A stretch of DNA of 64,000 bases, from the NCBI GenBank assembly GCA_038087875.1, contig CM075998.1, positions 434,001 to 498,000 of the forward strand, written 5' to 3'. Numbering within the stretch: the stretch's first letter is position 1; the number at the start of each line of letters is the position of its first letter. Below are positions 37,152 to 50,925 of the stretch, in pieces. The notes below the pieces were generated by a model. That model ran no database searches. It had not been told where the DNA came from and saw nothing but the letters and a program-made list of their open reading frames with translations. The translations under genes and the position numbers were made by a program. Source of the DNA: Malacoraja senta (Eukaryota).

Positions 37152-38321
37152 GTGGGTAAAAATGCAGGGAGCTTGGCATATTCATCATCATTTTCCAACT
37201 AAATGTAATTTTTATGGCATCAAACAGTACATTTTACATGATAACAGTCCAAGTGCAGATTTGAGATTTGATACGAGGAAGCCAAATAAAATGCCTGTGT
37301 AATTAGTTTTTTATCAGCAGTGAGCAGTGTTGTGAAAATTACAATAGCTATTGGAGTGGAGTGACCAACTCACACTTTGTGTAGATTTTTAATGACTGAC
37401 AAGCCTGCGAGCACAATTTGCATATTGACGCTATGTGGCGTTTACCAGCTGCATAGAAAATAGTGGTTGCCAGAAATGTTTTCAGAGGGCGACACAGAGT
37501 TGCTGCCTTACAGCACCATAGACCCGGGTTCCATCCTGACTGTGGGTGCTGTCTGTGTGGGCCGAAGGGCATATTTCCACACTGTATCTCTAAACTAAAT
37601 TAAACTAAACATGGTTATTGTGCCTGGTGTTGGTGGGTGTTTCTTGTTGATTGATAAAACGATAACTGTAAACTACAGCTGTAAATTTGCAATTCTAATG
37701 TTATTTTTCAAGCTGAATTCCCGTTCTTGGGAGGTTATTATCTCACAGCACTGTGGGAGTGCATTCACCAATGGACTGAAGTGATTTAAGGAGATTGCCG
37801 TCATCTTCCTGAGGACAATTATGCCCATGGGAAAATGAGAGACATTTAAAATAGTTTGGAAAATCTATCATTTGAGTGTTTGTTTATGGTTTTCAAAATA
37901 GAATGCACATCATGTTGCTCTGGTAGCAGTTTGAACAGATGGTGTCTCATGCCCTTAAGTGGAGCGGAATATACTTTGTTAGTTAAACGCCATATTGTCT
38001 TTCACTAAATGGAGGGAAATATACCTCAATCTAGTTACTGTCTATTCTGTCTTGTCTCTGCTTTTGGAGAAGTTGATGAAAGGACAAGTGCTGTCCAATG
38101 GAAAGGGCATTAACAGTAAGCTCAAGGTCCTCTTGTTCGACTTTTTCCACAGCCAATGTTGGCTGCAGTTGTGTTGTTGTACCTCTGCTTTGGGAATGTG
38201 GCAGTCTTGAATTTAACGGTCTGCTTGGTTAAGGGTTTTGACAGTCTACTGTATGAGGATATTGTCATTTGAAGAAGTGGTTCTAAAAATGTTCCATAAC
38301 ATCTTTATTTTCTCTTTGTAG

Positions 38322-38529
38322 AGCTGGCTCGGAGAATGGCCCAAGTTCTCCTGCTGACCTCCAAGAGTTTTTCAGCAAGATTTTCCAGGGAGTGCCACCA
38401 CAGGCCAACGGGAGCTTCTTCAACCCATCACAAATGGGGCCCAATGGTCAGGCAAAAGGAGAGTCCACGCAGAGAACCGATACAAAGCAAAAGAGAAGGA
38501 AGAAGGTGCGACGGACATTCCCGCGCTGA
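38322..38529 (+). CDS. DNAJC14: DNAJC14 last coding exon
   Basis: ttgtag|A GCT...CGC TGA; PADLQEFFSKIFQ...KQKRRKKVRRTFPR*, matching the recalled C-terminus KPKRRKKVRRPFQR. Confidence 0.94.
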
Positions 38530-40085
38530 GCCTTAAAAGCGCTAAAACAAACCTCAGCGATCACCTCAGTCAGCTAGATAGCAGCCTGACTGAGAAGGTC
38601 AAATCCTGATTCTAGATTAGAACAAAGGCAAATAAAAGTCCTCTTTTATTGAATTGAATGAATAGACTTTAACTGTACCTTGTTTTTAACATTTTAATTT
38701 GGATGTACAGTAGCAACTAAAGTGATCTTAAGAGGGCTTTACTTTATAATTTGTTAGGTAAAGACAAATTAATTTCTGGTTTCAACAGGTAGATGAGAAA
38801 TTACCCGGTAGGTGACTTTTTTCAATGCTTTATTATTCTTCCATGCTCGGCTACCTCCTCCTGAAATGTTCCGTTTCTCGGCTCTTCCTTTCCCCAAGGT
38901 CATACATCCTCCTGACCATTTTTTATGGGGAAAAGTTTGCAATGCAAAAGGACAGACTAAACATTGTGCTTGGCTGATGGCCTGATTTCCACCGTATGGT
39001 AGGTATTTTCTTTTTAAAAGAAAGCACTTTTTTTTTTTAAAGGAACCAGAAAATAATTTGAGTTAACTGTGTAAAATTGCCACACTTATTGTGATTTAGA
39101 GATGGGATACAATTTCTTTTTGTAACTTTAAAAAAATTAAATATTTATTGGAAAATTATTGTGCTGCAGAAATCGTACACAAATCTTATAAAAAATATGG
39201 ACCTTTGATAGCTCTACCATAAATAGAAAAATGGAGTTGTGCTCATTTTATTCTGCTGTCTCTTATTGTTGTAATGTCTACTCCTCTCTCTCTGTCCCCC
39301 TCTCCTTCAGCTCCTTAATTGGCTTTAACAAAATTCCTCAACAAGGTTGAACATTTCTTTCATAGTAATGGCGCAAGTAAATATGTTACATTGATGTCTG
39401 CAGAATTCACCATAAAGTTGAACACAACTATGAAGTGCCTTGCAACCCAAATGAGGTACCCAGGGGTTAACACTGGAATTTACGCAGTCCCACCTTTGCA
39501 TCATGTGTTCACTGCTCCATAGGATGGGAATGGGAAGTGTATTTATTGATAGATTCAGTATGTATAATTTGTTGGCAACTTAACCCGCTTTCTCTGGGAG
39601 CTTGGCCAAAACATGTCCACTTAATAAATGCTTGCTATATTGTGTATACATGTAGAGTGCTACCCTATAAGTCTACTACTGACTCAACCCAAAAAATTGC
39701 AAAATCTGTGACCCATGCATAAAATCAATTCACAGTAGGAAATTGAATTTGAATACACGTTGACTATTCCATGCCCTTCTGTGTGCATGGAACGGGCTTA
39801 GAATTTAGCAAGAGAGCATTGTATACTCAAAGAGGATAGTGTACACTCCAGGATGATCCGCTGTGTTGCTCTCTGCAATTTGTATTGCTATTTTCAACTT
39901 GACAAGATCTAAATCACCTGAGATGCTGACGCACTACATTGAGATTGTTCAGGAAAACTAGGTCAATGTAGTTAGTTGAATGTAGGCTTGAAATCCTGGA
40001 TTTCAAAAGATGCCTCAAACAAGTGCCCCTATCATGCATTCAAGCTACCGGAAACCTTGCTAGCCTCCAACAGTAAACTTGGTGG

Positions 40086-40221
40086 AGAAACTCAGAGGGT
40101 GAGGCAGCATCTGTGGAGCAAAGGAATGGTGACGTTTCAGGTTGAGATCCTTCCTCAGACGTCACCTATTCCTTCATTATTGTCTACCTTCGATTTTTCC
40201 AGCATCTGCAGTTCTTTCTTA
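40086..40221. mobile_element. Truncated fold-back element
   Basis: Flanked by direct repeat AACAGTAAACTTGGTGG (40069-40085 / 40222-40238). Confidence 0.8.
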
Positions 40222-40723
40222 AACAGTAAACTTGGTGGGTGAATCCACTGAGGTTCTGTGATTTGCTGATTTGTTCAACATTTTCTCATCTTATTTTCCA
40301 TTTGATGAAGTTTTAAATGAAATAACCTCATAAATTATAGTTCTATCTTGTTAAAATAGCTTTACCTCCCCACCTTTAGTTGTCTTGAGATATCCAAGTA
40401 ATTTGCATCTTGTTGCCTTTAATGGCCAGATTGTTAGATGTAGAAGCCTGTAAGCTGTTAGCAAAGATCTGTTGAATATTACTGTTGAAGTTAGGGCTGA
40501 TTTTGAGGTGGCCATGGGCAAATTTAATGCTGCATTATTCAATGGGTGCACCCAGTGCACCTCCAGTCTTTTGATTATAAAAAGGCTTCAGATCCCAACA
40601 CAATTTCTTGTTAGCCAGACCTTTGGGGGGAGTAAAAATAAATGCATATTGCATTACCAAAGTGTATTTTTCTTTGCAAAGAAAGGGATTTGGTTTTTAA
40701 ATATGATACTCAGCAACCATATA

Positions 40724-41047
40724 CAGTGCCCTCCATAATGGTCAGATTTTATTAAGGGGTATTTTTATACATTTTGGTTTCACCATGTAGAAATTACAAC
40801 TGTGTTTATACATAGTCCCCCCCATTTCAGGGCACCATAATGTTTGGGACACAGCAATGTCATGTAAATGAAAGTAGTCATGTTTAGTTTGGTGTAACCA
40901 AAATGTATAAAAATACCCTTTAATAAAATCTGACAATGTGCACTTTAACCACATGTGATTTTTTTCTATTACAAATCTCAAATTGTGGAGTACAGAGACA
41001 AATAAATAAATGATGGGTCTTTGTCCCAAACATTATGGAGGGCACTG
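40724..41047. mobile_element. Tc1/mariner-type MITE
   Basis: 17-bp TIR CAGTGCCCTCCATAATG / CATTATGGAGGGCACTG; TA on the left, TG on the right; extra internal inverted repeat 40741-40779 / 40896-40934. Confidence 0.85.
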
Positions 41048-41364
41048 TGGCATTGTTAAATCTCAATCATAGCTGAACTTCTATTGCTTTGCTTGCATTT
41101 ACCGTTTATAACTTCAGGATAGCCCAAAGTACTTTTAGCCAATGAAGTACTTTTAAGGTCTAATGTAAGAATAGCAGCACCCATTTGCGCACAGCTAGCT
41201 CGTACAGGTAACAATGAAATACATTTGGTTTGGATGTTGTTAGATCATTAAATATTGCTCTCAGGAGGTCCCCTTTTAAGAAAAGATTTCTACCATATAT
41301 TTATGATCAGTAAGGTGACATTAAAATTTGTGTTTTGTTTATAGATGGTTATTAAGAATTTCAG

Positions 41365-41978
41365 TGTGATCTTGATCAGTTGGGCAAATGGCAAATTGAG
41401 TTTAATTCGGATAAGTGCAAGGTGTTGCATTTTAGGAAGCCAAGCCAGGGCAGAACCTTCACAGTAAACAGGAGGGCCCTGGGGAAAGCAGAGGGATCTA
41501 GTGAGTGCACAGTTTCCTGAATGTGGCATCACAGATTGATAGGCTGATGTAGAAGGCTTTTGCCATGCTAGCCTTAATCGGGGAATTGAATACAGAAGTC
41601 GCAATGTTAAGTTATAGTTGTACAAGATGTTGGTGAGGCTGCACTTGGAGTATTGTGTTCAGTTTTGGTCACCCTGCTATTGGAAATATGCCATTCAACT
41701 GGAAAGGGTACAGAGAAGATGTATGAAGATGTTGCCCAGTCACAAGGGAGAGGGGACTTTATTCCTTGGAGTGCAAGAGGCTGAGGGGTGATCTTCTAGA
41801 GGTGTATAAAATTATACAGGGAATAGATAGTGAATGCACAGGGTAGGGGAACCAAGAACTAAAGGGGTATGAGTTTAAGGTGAGAGGAGCAAGATTTCAT
41901 AGTAATCTGCGGGGCAATGTTTTCACACAATAGATATATGGAGCAAGTTGCCAGAAGGAGGAGTTGAGGAAGGTGCAA
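41365..41978 (+). mobile_element. Old, decayed CR1 LINE 3' fragment
   Basis: Decayed homology to the CR1 RT C-terminus (TTGGTGAGGCTGCACTTGGAGTATTGTGTTCAGTTTTGGTC; AGGCTGAGGGGTGATCTT). Confidence 0.8.
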
Positions 41979-42364
41979 TCTTCTATCTATATTTAAAACT
42001 GTGTGTGTGTGTTTCTGCCTGTCTTGTGGGTGCCAGCCTTCCTGTGATTCGTTGCTACGCCAACACCACACGCAGAAACGCCGAGATTTTTTCCATTTCG
42101 GTAGAGATTTCACTTTTCATTCCAAGTATCCACTCCTGATTAAATTTCGTCGTGTTTATGTACACATGTTTAATAAAATCCTTCTCCCCCCCCCCCCACC
42201 ACTCACTCATTTTATCTCCTCCTGCTGGCCAGACACCATAATGGCTGCTGCCGCCCGGCTCTGCTTCAAAAACAACGCCATTTTATTTTTTTCCCTAGCG
42301 ATTTTCGCCCCGGGGTCTGAAGCATGTTCGGGGTCCAGACCCAACGGGTCTGCACTTGGTCTAG
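41979..42364 (+). mobile_element. Non-autonomous Helitron
   Basis: Inserted between A and T with no TSD; 5' TC; subterminal hairpin CAGACCC-AAC-GGGTCTG (42336-42352); 3' CTAG (42361-42364). Confidence 0.8.
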
Positions 42365-44288
42365 TAACATTTAAAAGTCATCCAACATTTGTGCATGTCA
42401 CTATTTAATAACTAGCCCTGTTTGGATAAATGCAAAATGTGGAAGGATCACTGCTGAAATTAGCTTTGTTGCTATTGAATCTGCATTATCTATTTATTAT
42501 AGTTTGCTAAGATTTCACATTGTTGCCGTCACAATGTAAAGTTTTGTTGTGCAGGGGCTGGAACATTGTTACAGGCTTACAGTTCTTGTTTCACTTGGGA
42601 TTCTTGCACTCACGAGACAACGTTTGGCATTGTTGATTTTTGAAACTCAAAGCCTGGAGATGCAACAAGGTGTCCCAGGCTGTGCACAATCCAGCTCATG
42701 GCTTTAATGATGTGATTTCCACATTGTGCAGAGCTGGATCTCATAAGCAGCAGTGTCTAGTTAATCTGTTTGGTTGTGTTAGTTGAGTTAAAAAAACGTG
42801 ACTGGAAGAAATGCTCCTATTCCATTAATCCATCGGAGCAAGAGGCCAGAACTACAGTCTGAATAACATATTGACCAGTACAATGGAGGTACAGGAACGA
42901 TGCCCACATTGAAGGGGGGTAAAAAGCACTTTAAAATATACACTTGGATGCTTAGATCTTTGAGAACTGCCCACTGAGCACAACTTGTGTCATAGTTTTT
43001 GTTCTAAGGTTTGGGGAATGAAAAGTGAGTTAAAGATATTATGAACCAGTCATTGATTTGAAAGATGTCCATGTTTTCTAGCATCCTTAAGAGCCTTGAT
43101 GGCTTTTGATCCAATCAAGTCTTTTTTTAAATGTAATCGCATGTACAATGGGATTCCACTAAAATGTGTTGGACACTCAGCTGGTCTGGCAACATCTCTG
43201 AGGAAAAAGAAACATTCGGAACCTTCTTCAGGTTCCTCTTTTCACAGATGCTGCCTGAGCTGCTGAGTTTTTTCAGCATTTTCTGTCATTTCAGATTCCC
43301 AGCACCTGCAGTTTTTATTATGTTTGAGTGATATTGGTTAAGTGATAAATTTGGGGTAAACTAACCTGTTCTTCAAAACAGTGCCTTGGGCAAGAGAATA
43401 GAACCTTGATTTGACAATGAACAGTCAAGCACTAGTGCATTCACTGGGAATATTAACTTGCATTTTTGTGCTCCAGTTTCAGCAGCAAACACTCTGATTC
43501 AGAGTTGAGAGAGCACAGCTCTCTTACCCAAGTTGATTGTGTATATGAATGTTAAATGATGGCTGCAGCAAACAGTAAATTGTATAAACAATTGCAATGA
43601 TAAATTCATTTACTTTTAAGTAGATGCTTTGTAAAAACTAAAAATCAATTAAGTTTCTTGAAGTTTTAAGTTTGGCTTTGGCAGTGTCACCTCTGGGCAA
43701 GGTATGGTAGGTGGTGTGGTTTACCTCTCGGGTTTAGATTTATCATACCCCATGCAGTGACTGTGCCTCATAAGTGTTATAGTTCAGTAAACCACGGTCA
43801 GCCAAAATCAAGTAATTGTTCTAATATGCAAGAGGAATTACACAGAGTGCTTTCTGGACAGGAGTAGGAACAATGAAGAAATGTATATCATTGTTCTGGA
43901 CTTGTCCATTTTTTTCCTCTGACAATAGGAGATTGTCAGAATCTGAGAGGAAGTGTAGACAGGAGGCAGGAGCAGAATACTGCTTGATGTATGCATTCAT
44001 GTTTTCACGTGCACAAACACTACCACGCCCTCAGTGACAAACCTTTTTTTATGTATACAATTGATGCAAAAGGAGAGAAAAAATATAAAATTATACACAA
44101 GAGCACAATTCCTACTTGACCAAGTGGAAGATCTTGGCTGTAAGTAAATCGTCACTAATTTGGATGGTTGTGTCAGCAGGCTCCTCTTGGTTCATTGTCT
44201 CAGTACATTGTGCCCATCACTCATATGGACCCCCGTCTGAGGCTGGCTGGAGCCACTGGCAGCATTCGCTCAGCTGCCAACCACCCGC

Positions 44289-44424
44289 TCAATACTTATT
44301 GATGCCAAAAAGGCGGACCCCGTGCAGCTGGGGGAGTTTGGGAATGAGGGCAGTAAGCAAAGATGTCGTGTTCACCAGGAAATGAACAACGTTATATTTA
44401 GTGTAGAAACTTGCTAGCATATAC
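44289..44424 (-). CDS. ORMDL2: ORMDL2 last coding exon
   Basis: Minus strand ttccag|G TAT ATG...TAT TGA, 136 bp; [44 protein letters not shown]. Confidence 0.95.
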
Positions 44425-45951
44425 CTGGAAAGAAAACATAACCATTTATTAAATGACACACAATCTGTAAAAGTTAATTCATCATATCATATTGTAGAAA
44501 AGTGCCATTCAGCCCACAATGTGTGTGCTAGCCTTAGAAACAATCACTCCAAGTAGTTCCATTCCCCTGCTCATTCCCTAATGGCCTGTAAATGTTTGTG
44601 TAATGTTATGTCAGTCATCTTAAATTAATCTTAAACAAAAATTAATTTTGTTTGCTGCCCCTCCAGCCTCTGGAAAGTTTCTCTGCCTCCACATCAGAAA
44701 ATAGGAGCAGAATTTTGGCACCAGGCCCCTCTTGCCCGCACCACTTCACCATTGCCCTCTTCCCTGATTTTTCACAAATGTACCTACCTCCAGCTTAAAT
44801 ACTTCTCCATCAAAATTCCTTCATGGTTTTGAAGGTCACCATTAATTCTCCCTTTCCCCTGTACAGGAAACAATCTCAGTTTCTCCAATGTCCGCCCACC
44901 TCATGCCATGCCACAAAATCATCTTAATAGCTTTTGATTACTTTGATAATTGACTTTATTAAAAGTTTGTTTCCATGGGTCATTTAAAGCAACCGGCAGC
45001 TGAACTCTCCCTCCTCGCTAAAAGCCTTTCCTTCATCTCCAAAATATAAGAAAAGGGTATGATGGATGAAGTGTAATACCACTCAAGAAGCTCAACATCA
45101 CCCAGAGTGAAGTGCATGCTCAATTCTCTCCCTCCACCAGGCAACAGTGGCTGCAGTGTGTATCATCACCTGCATGAAATGTCACCTAGCCTATTCTGAC
45201 AGTGACTCTGGCCTCCACCCCCTAGGAGTTGAGAGTGGTGGGCACACGCGAGCACCGCTATCTGCAGGTTCCTTCCCAAGTTACACCACCCTGCTTTGGA
45301 AATGTATTGCTGTCCCTTCAGCGTGAGAACACTTAAGGTGCGAGTATGTTGAAAGGGTATTTTTTTGTGAAACATGCAAGGCCTGACTGATGACCAATAG
45401 GTGGATTCACATTCGTAGGGACACCATATGAGTTGCAGATCCTCACTGCATGAGACTGACCGTCGCCTGTCGTGATATGTGAAAAGGGCACACTTGCATT
45501 TCTACAGAGATTTTCACAACCTCAGCTCTTCTAAAATGCACTTTAACAATCAAGCAGATATTTTTTGGCACATGGGCATTATAACAATGTAAAAGATTTC
45601 CCCGCAAAGCAATTTGATAAGGAACAGATTATCTGTTTTAAGTAATGCTGGTTTATGGATAAACATTGCCCTTGTACAATGGAGAGAATGCTCTTGTTCT
45701 TGCAATAGTGCTGGGGGATTTACATCAGAACAAACAAAGTCTAGCATTGTCTCAAAGAAAGACATTCAAGGCTCAGGAGTGGAACTTCTGATCAATGGGC
45801 AAGACAGCTTTGAAATCTGGTTAAAACTTACTTAATCTGAATTTCACTGGTTGGTTTCTGGCTCCCTCTTCCCTCTCATGATAACGTCCCAGATTTTCTA
45901 CCAGTTTAAAACAATTGAAGCAGCTACCACAAAGACAAAACAAGGACTTAC

Positions 45952-46103
45952 AGAATTATTGGTGTGATGGTGAGAAACTTGCGCGATGACGTAAATTGGA
46001 TCCCATAATCCATTTGCTCCCAGTGCGTCAGTAACCGTGCCTTGCCTTGGTCTGGAGTCTCAAAGGGTGTTCCCTTGACAGTGTGCAGAAACCAATACAT
46101 TGC
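45952..46103 (-). CDS. ORMDL2: ORMDL2 middle coding exon
   Basis: Minus strand ttgtag|GCA...ATT CT|gtaagt, 152 bp; [50 protein letters not shown]. Confidence 0.95.
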
Positions 46104-46732
46104 CTACAAACAGACACTCGTTACAACACTGGTGACAGTTTTGTGGTGGGTAGAACAGACATCATGAAACAACCTATGTATATATTTATGGAGTGCGCAC
46201 AATCTCAACTTCCTTGAGCAATAAAACATGGCTAAGAAGCCTTCACCATCTCTGACATGTGAGGGAAGGGGAGGTGGTGGACATTACAGAGAAGCTTGAT
46301 CCAATATGCAACAAAACACACACAATCTTCTATAATCTGTGGAATTCTCTGCCACAGAAGGCAGTGGAGGCCAATTCACTGGATGTATTCAAGAGAGTTA
46401 GATATAGCTCTTGGGGCTAACAGAATCAAGGGATATGGGGAGGAAGCAGGAACAGTGGACTGATTCTATGTCACACACTATCAGAAGAGGACTTGGCTAG
46501 TCCTTTGTTCACCTGCAACCAAAGATAGGAGGGAATTCCAATGACTGATTATAGCAGCAGTTACATAGGTTCAGAACAGCTCCACACATTGAACACACTT
46601 GTATCACAAACTTGCTGTCAGCTGTTTTGATGTTATTCCTAAAAGGTGGCCAGAATGGCAGCAGCCTTATAGAGCATCCATTCCAATACCTAACCCTCCC
46701 AGCCCCACCCCTGCCCAGTCTCCTACACTCAC

Positions 46733-46906
46733 CGAGTTGTGGATGACATGAGTGAGGGTCCACACCACCGGAATGCTGAAGAATGGAATACTCAGCAGGA
46801 CGACGTGGATAATTCCAACTAAAATGAGGTAAGCTAGCCAGATCCCCCGGCTGTTCATTATCCGAGTGTTGGGATTAACCTCACTGTGAGCGACACCAAC
46901 GTTCAT
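46733..46906 (-). CDS. ORMDL2: ORMDL2 first coding exon
   Basis: ATG at 46906 to TCG|gtgagt, 174 bp; [31 protein letters not shown]...[13 protein letters not shown]. 174+152+136 = 462 nt = 153 aa plus stop. Paralog call rests on GIWLAY/FFSIPVV residues and adjacency to DNAJC14. Confidence 0.93.
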
Positions 46907-49900
46907 CCTGTCTCCTACTTTAAAGAAGGGCAAAGCTCAAACAAGAAAGAACATGCTCCTCTTTGTGTGCACTCCACTTACAGTCTGCCAATGGCTTCCG
47001 CAGCTGTCATGCAGAAAGGAAGTGATTTCATTAATAAGATCCTACCAAAGGCAGTGTTTTCTCAGACGCAATGTTGACACACACGAGCAACAAAGCAGCA
47101 CTCGCAGCTTTAAAAAAAAAAGGACACAAAGTTCTGGAGAAATTCAGCGGGTCAGGCAGCATCTGTGGAGAACATGGATAGGCGAGGTGACCCGAAACAC
47201 CTTATCCATGTTCTCCAGAGATGCTGCCTGGTCGCTAAATTACTCCAGCACTTTGTGTCTTGTTGTTTAAACAAACATCTGCAGTTCTTTGTAAGTCCTG
47301 TCTCCTAACTGGCTTGCCAATGTGTACAGAGCAAGATCCCACTACCAGAACCAAAACAAATGATCACTTAACACAGTTTAGTGATGATGGTTGAGGGATA
47401 ATCTTTGACCAGAACACTGAGGGAATCGCCTCTGCTGTTTCTCCAAATAGTACTTGTGAGATCTTGCACATCCACCCAAGAGAGCAGACAGGGCCCTGGT
47501 TCAATGTCACATCTGCCTCTCGACAGTTCTGCACATCCCCAGTTCTGCGCTGGCCTGAATTTTGTGCTCAAATCCCTGGAGCGGAGTTTGAACCCATAAC
47601 TTTGAACTCACGCAAGAACACGACCAGTTCAGCACTTTCCTCGCAGAGTTCCTGTGAAAATTCACACGATGTGTCACTGAAACAGGATTATAACCCAGAG
47701 GTAGCAGTGATTTGTCTGTACATTGGAATTCAAGGCATTACCAGTAAATTCACTTATCTTGGAGTTTGTGATCTGATTTTGAAATCCATAACCTATGGAA
47801 TGACTGCTCACAATTCACAATGAGATTTTTCACCATGAGATTCATCAGACAATCCTGCTTGCAATTTAAAAACAATTCAGAAAGTTGCCAATGACAAGGA
47901 CATTCCCTTTGCTGGTTAAAATGGCCATCAGTTATCAACACAAGATGAATATGTTAACAGGCTCTGTTATGGGAGGCTTGCACTGTATTAGCTTTTACTG
48001 CATTCACTTGAGACCATTTGGTAAAAGATCTTGGTGCATTTGCCAGAATGCTAAATTGGAAAGTCAAAGTTCCCATTTTGAAAGCACAGCCTCTCCTGCC
48101 TCACGCCAACCACCTCGCCGGGGCTAAGTGAGGAAGAAAAGTAGTGGAGCAGGCACCGGCCTCATGAACACAGCTCGTGCTGAGGCAAGGAGATGCCAGA
48201 AAGAAACGTGTCTGCAATGGGTTTGAGATCCTGCTCAGTGGAGATAGCGAGACAGTGCCAAACCGCCATGCCAGGGGATGAAATTGCGCTCTAGATGCAC
48301 TGGTGCTGCTTGCGCATTTTGCCCAGCCCATTTGCGCTGCTCCACAGTTGCTGTTGCCCCCTCATTTAAATACAGGCTGCGTGCTTCTGCTACAGTTTGC
48401 GTACAACGCAGTAGAAATAAGTTGATTCAGTTGCATAAAGTGGCAGCTGTGTTTCCAGGAATCAGAGCAGAACAGACTGCATCAGGCAATGTAGGAACTA
48501 CATAACTTGTCCAATATAACTTCAGCAGAACTTTCTTCCAATCTTCCAAGCCTTTAGTCCATCCAGAAATCTCTTGCCCCTTGGTCCTAACCTGCACCAA
48601 GTCCCATTAACCCTCCCTGTTTGCTGATCTGTATGGCTCCTGGTTTAACAATGCCATCTTAATCATTCTCACTGTCACGTTCAAATCCTTTCAGTCTTTA
48701 CCCTTCCATATCCCTGGAACCTCTAACCCCTCCACTTTCCTAGATCTATTTGTTCCTCCATTTCTAGCCTTTTGACCATCATCAACTTCTATTGCCCCAC
48801 CACTGGGGCCTGTGTTATCAGCTCACGCTGGATTTAATCCATCGCACCCTTTGCTTATGTCCTGGAGATGGTGGAAAGGCTTTTAGAGAGTAGGGACGCT
48901 CTGCTTCTCCATCTTCACTATGCTTATTGAAGCCTCTTAGTGACCGTGCTTCTGATCAACCAGTTCTCCATCAGTCAATTCTTCTCATATGATGCTTCTA
49001 TGAAGATGTCTAACTACATTAAAAGCATTACTACATCATTGTTCACAATAAAATCCAAAGATCACATACCAGAATCCACAAATAAGCCAAGATAATAGAA
49101 TTTTATCAACTAATTTAGGCACCTGACCTTATACACACTGAGAAAAGGCCTATCAACTGCAGAGTGATCCATTTTTTTTTTGGTGTGCACAAACTAAGAA
49201 CAAACAAACATACTTTACAGGAAATCTTTTTGAAAAACTGGCCGACAAGATTTTTTCATTTCTTTATAATGTATATAAGGTTAAATGTATCCTCTTTAGG
49301 GGAGGGACAGTCAGGGTTCATTGAAGTTAGGAATAGCTCCAGGAAAACACCACCGCACTGGATGGGACCTTGACAGCAATCTCACTCAAATGGTGCCTGT
49401 ACCAGTCAAGTTGACTGTAATCCAGGGGGCAGTTGAAAATTGACTTGCCATCTTGGACATGGAGCTACTATAACTAGGTGGGAGCTCATCTACAGATAAC
49501 CCTGCAAGCCAATGTCCCAATCGATAAAATACCTAATTGGACAGACAGACTCTAATTTATCAGACTTTGGGCTTTTGGCTGGTTAAGTTCTCCCTAGGTT
49601 CCAAATCATTTTCTCTTACCTAAGTTTTCTGGGCCCTCAAGTAGAGTTGTGTGCACTTTTTAAATCAGGCAATGAGAAACTCTACCTATGTGTATTGCAT
49701 TGGTTTAGTTCACTGTTCTAATGGCCCAGGTACTCAAACCACCAAACACAAGAGTGGTATAATGATAACAAAGCAACAAGAACTATTGATTTCTTTTTAA
49801 AGGAAAATAATCCATTTAAACGTACGAACTTTAAGACACGGTGTATCATCTCCCAGTAAAATTCCCACCAGAGAAACATAGAAACATAGACAATAGGTGC

Positions 49901-50084
49901 AGGAGTAGAGGCCATTCGGCCCTTCGAGCCTGCACCGCCATTCACTGTGATCATGGCTGATCATCTAACTTAACTAGCACGGACATTTTACGGGGAGTAA
50001 GCCGTTTAATTAATCTGCTTAATTCACAAGAAACGGGTATTATACATTCAAAAGCACTAAACCATCCGAGATAACAGCCCCTCC

Positions 50085-50345
50085 ACTCACCACCTTTAAC
50101 TGCGACCAGCAAGTCCTCCACCGCTCAACCTAACCTGACACGGGGGAGGGGAAGCACCGCCCCCACTCACTGCTGTTTGGTGGCACGGTTCGCGCTCGCC
50201 CTCAGACACCCTGCAATTGGTTTACTCGCACGTCAATCAGCAGTCGGCCGTGGACTATCAGGGTAGGTTGCGCGGAGGCGGCGAGCGTCAACGATTTGTT
50301 GACGACAAGAGGGGACGGGACGATCGTGCCTGGGAGAACAATGGA
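50085..50345 (-). promoter_or_regulatory. ORMDL2 promoter and non-coding first exon(s)
   Basis: Small CpG-rich patch. Minus-strand donors GTGAGT at 50085-50090 and 50165-50170, minus-strand CCAAT (~50216-50220) and TGATTGACGTG (~50229-50239). Confidence 0.65.
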
Positions 50346-50424
50346 GAACCAACCGGGATACGTTTACCCTGACCAACAATGCTTTCTATTTTTAAGTTAA
50401 GCCCTCAAAATGAACTTCCATGTA

Positions 50425-50632
50425 AGATAGACACAAAATGCTGGAGTAACTCAGCGGGACAGGCAGCATCTCTGGAGAGAAGGAATGGATGTCTGTGAAG
50501 AGAGTCTGAAGAAGGGTCTCGACCTGAAACATCACCCATTCCTTCTCTCCACAGATGGTGCCTGTCCCGCTGAGTTACTCCAGCATTTTGTGTCTATCTT
50601 CAGTTTAAACCAGCATCTGCAGTTCCTTCTTA
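50425..50632. mobile_element. Fold-back element with decayed hammerhead core
   Basis: Inverted arms; CTGAAGAAGGGTCTCGACCTGAAACATC at 50506-50533 (two CpG-type transitions). Confidence 0.85.
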
Positions 50633-50662
50633 CTTTGCGACACGTTAGGGGATCAGGTAAAT

Positions 50663-50925
50663 GCCCTTGTCCCACTTAGGCGATTCTTTAGGCGACTAGG
50701 CTGTCGCCAGGGTGTCTCCTGTATGGTCTCCTCAGTCGCCCAAAGAGTCATACCTTTTTTCTGGGCACCGCTGGATTTTGAAATGTTCAAATCTTTTCGG
50801 CGACAGTCGGCACACATGGGCTTGACACCAACGATCGTAGCCTGACGTAGGTGCTGTCGCCAGGATGACGTAGGTTGATGCCGGTGCTGACTTTTGGTGA
50901 TTTCCATTGGCGACTTCTGACGTCA
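50663..50925. mobile_element. CpG-rich partial DNA-transposon relic (possibly PIF/Harbinger-type)
   Basis: Starts GCCCTTGTCCCACTTAGGCGA, with repeated GTCGCC/GGCGAC motifs; second TIR not found. Confidence 0.4.
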
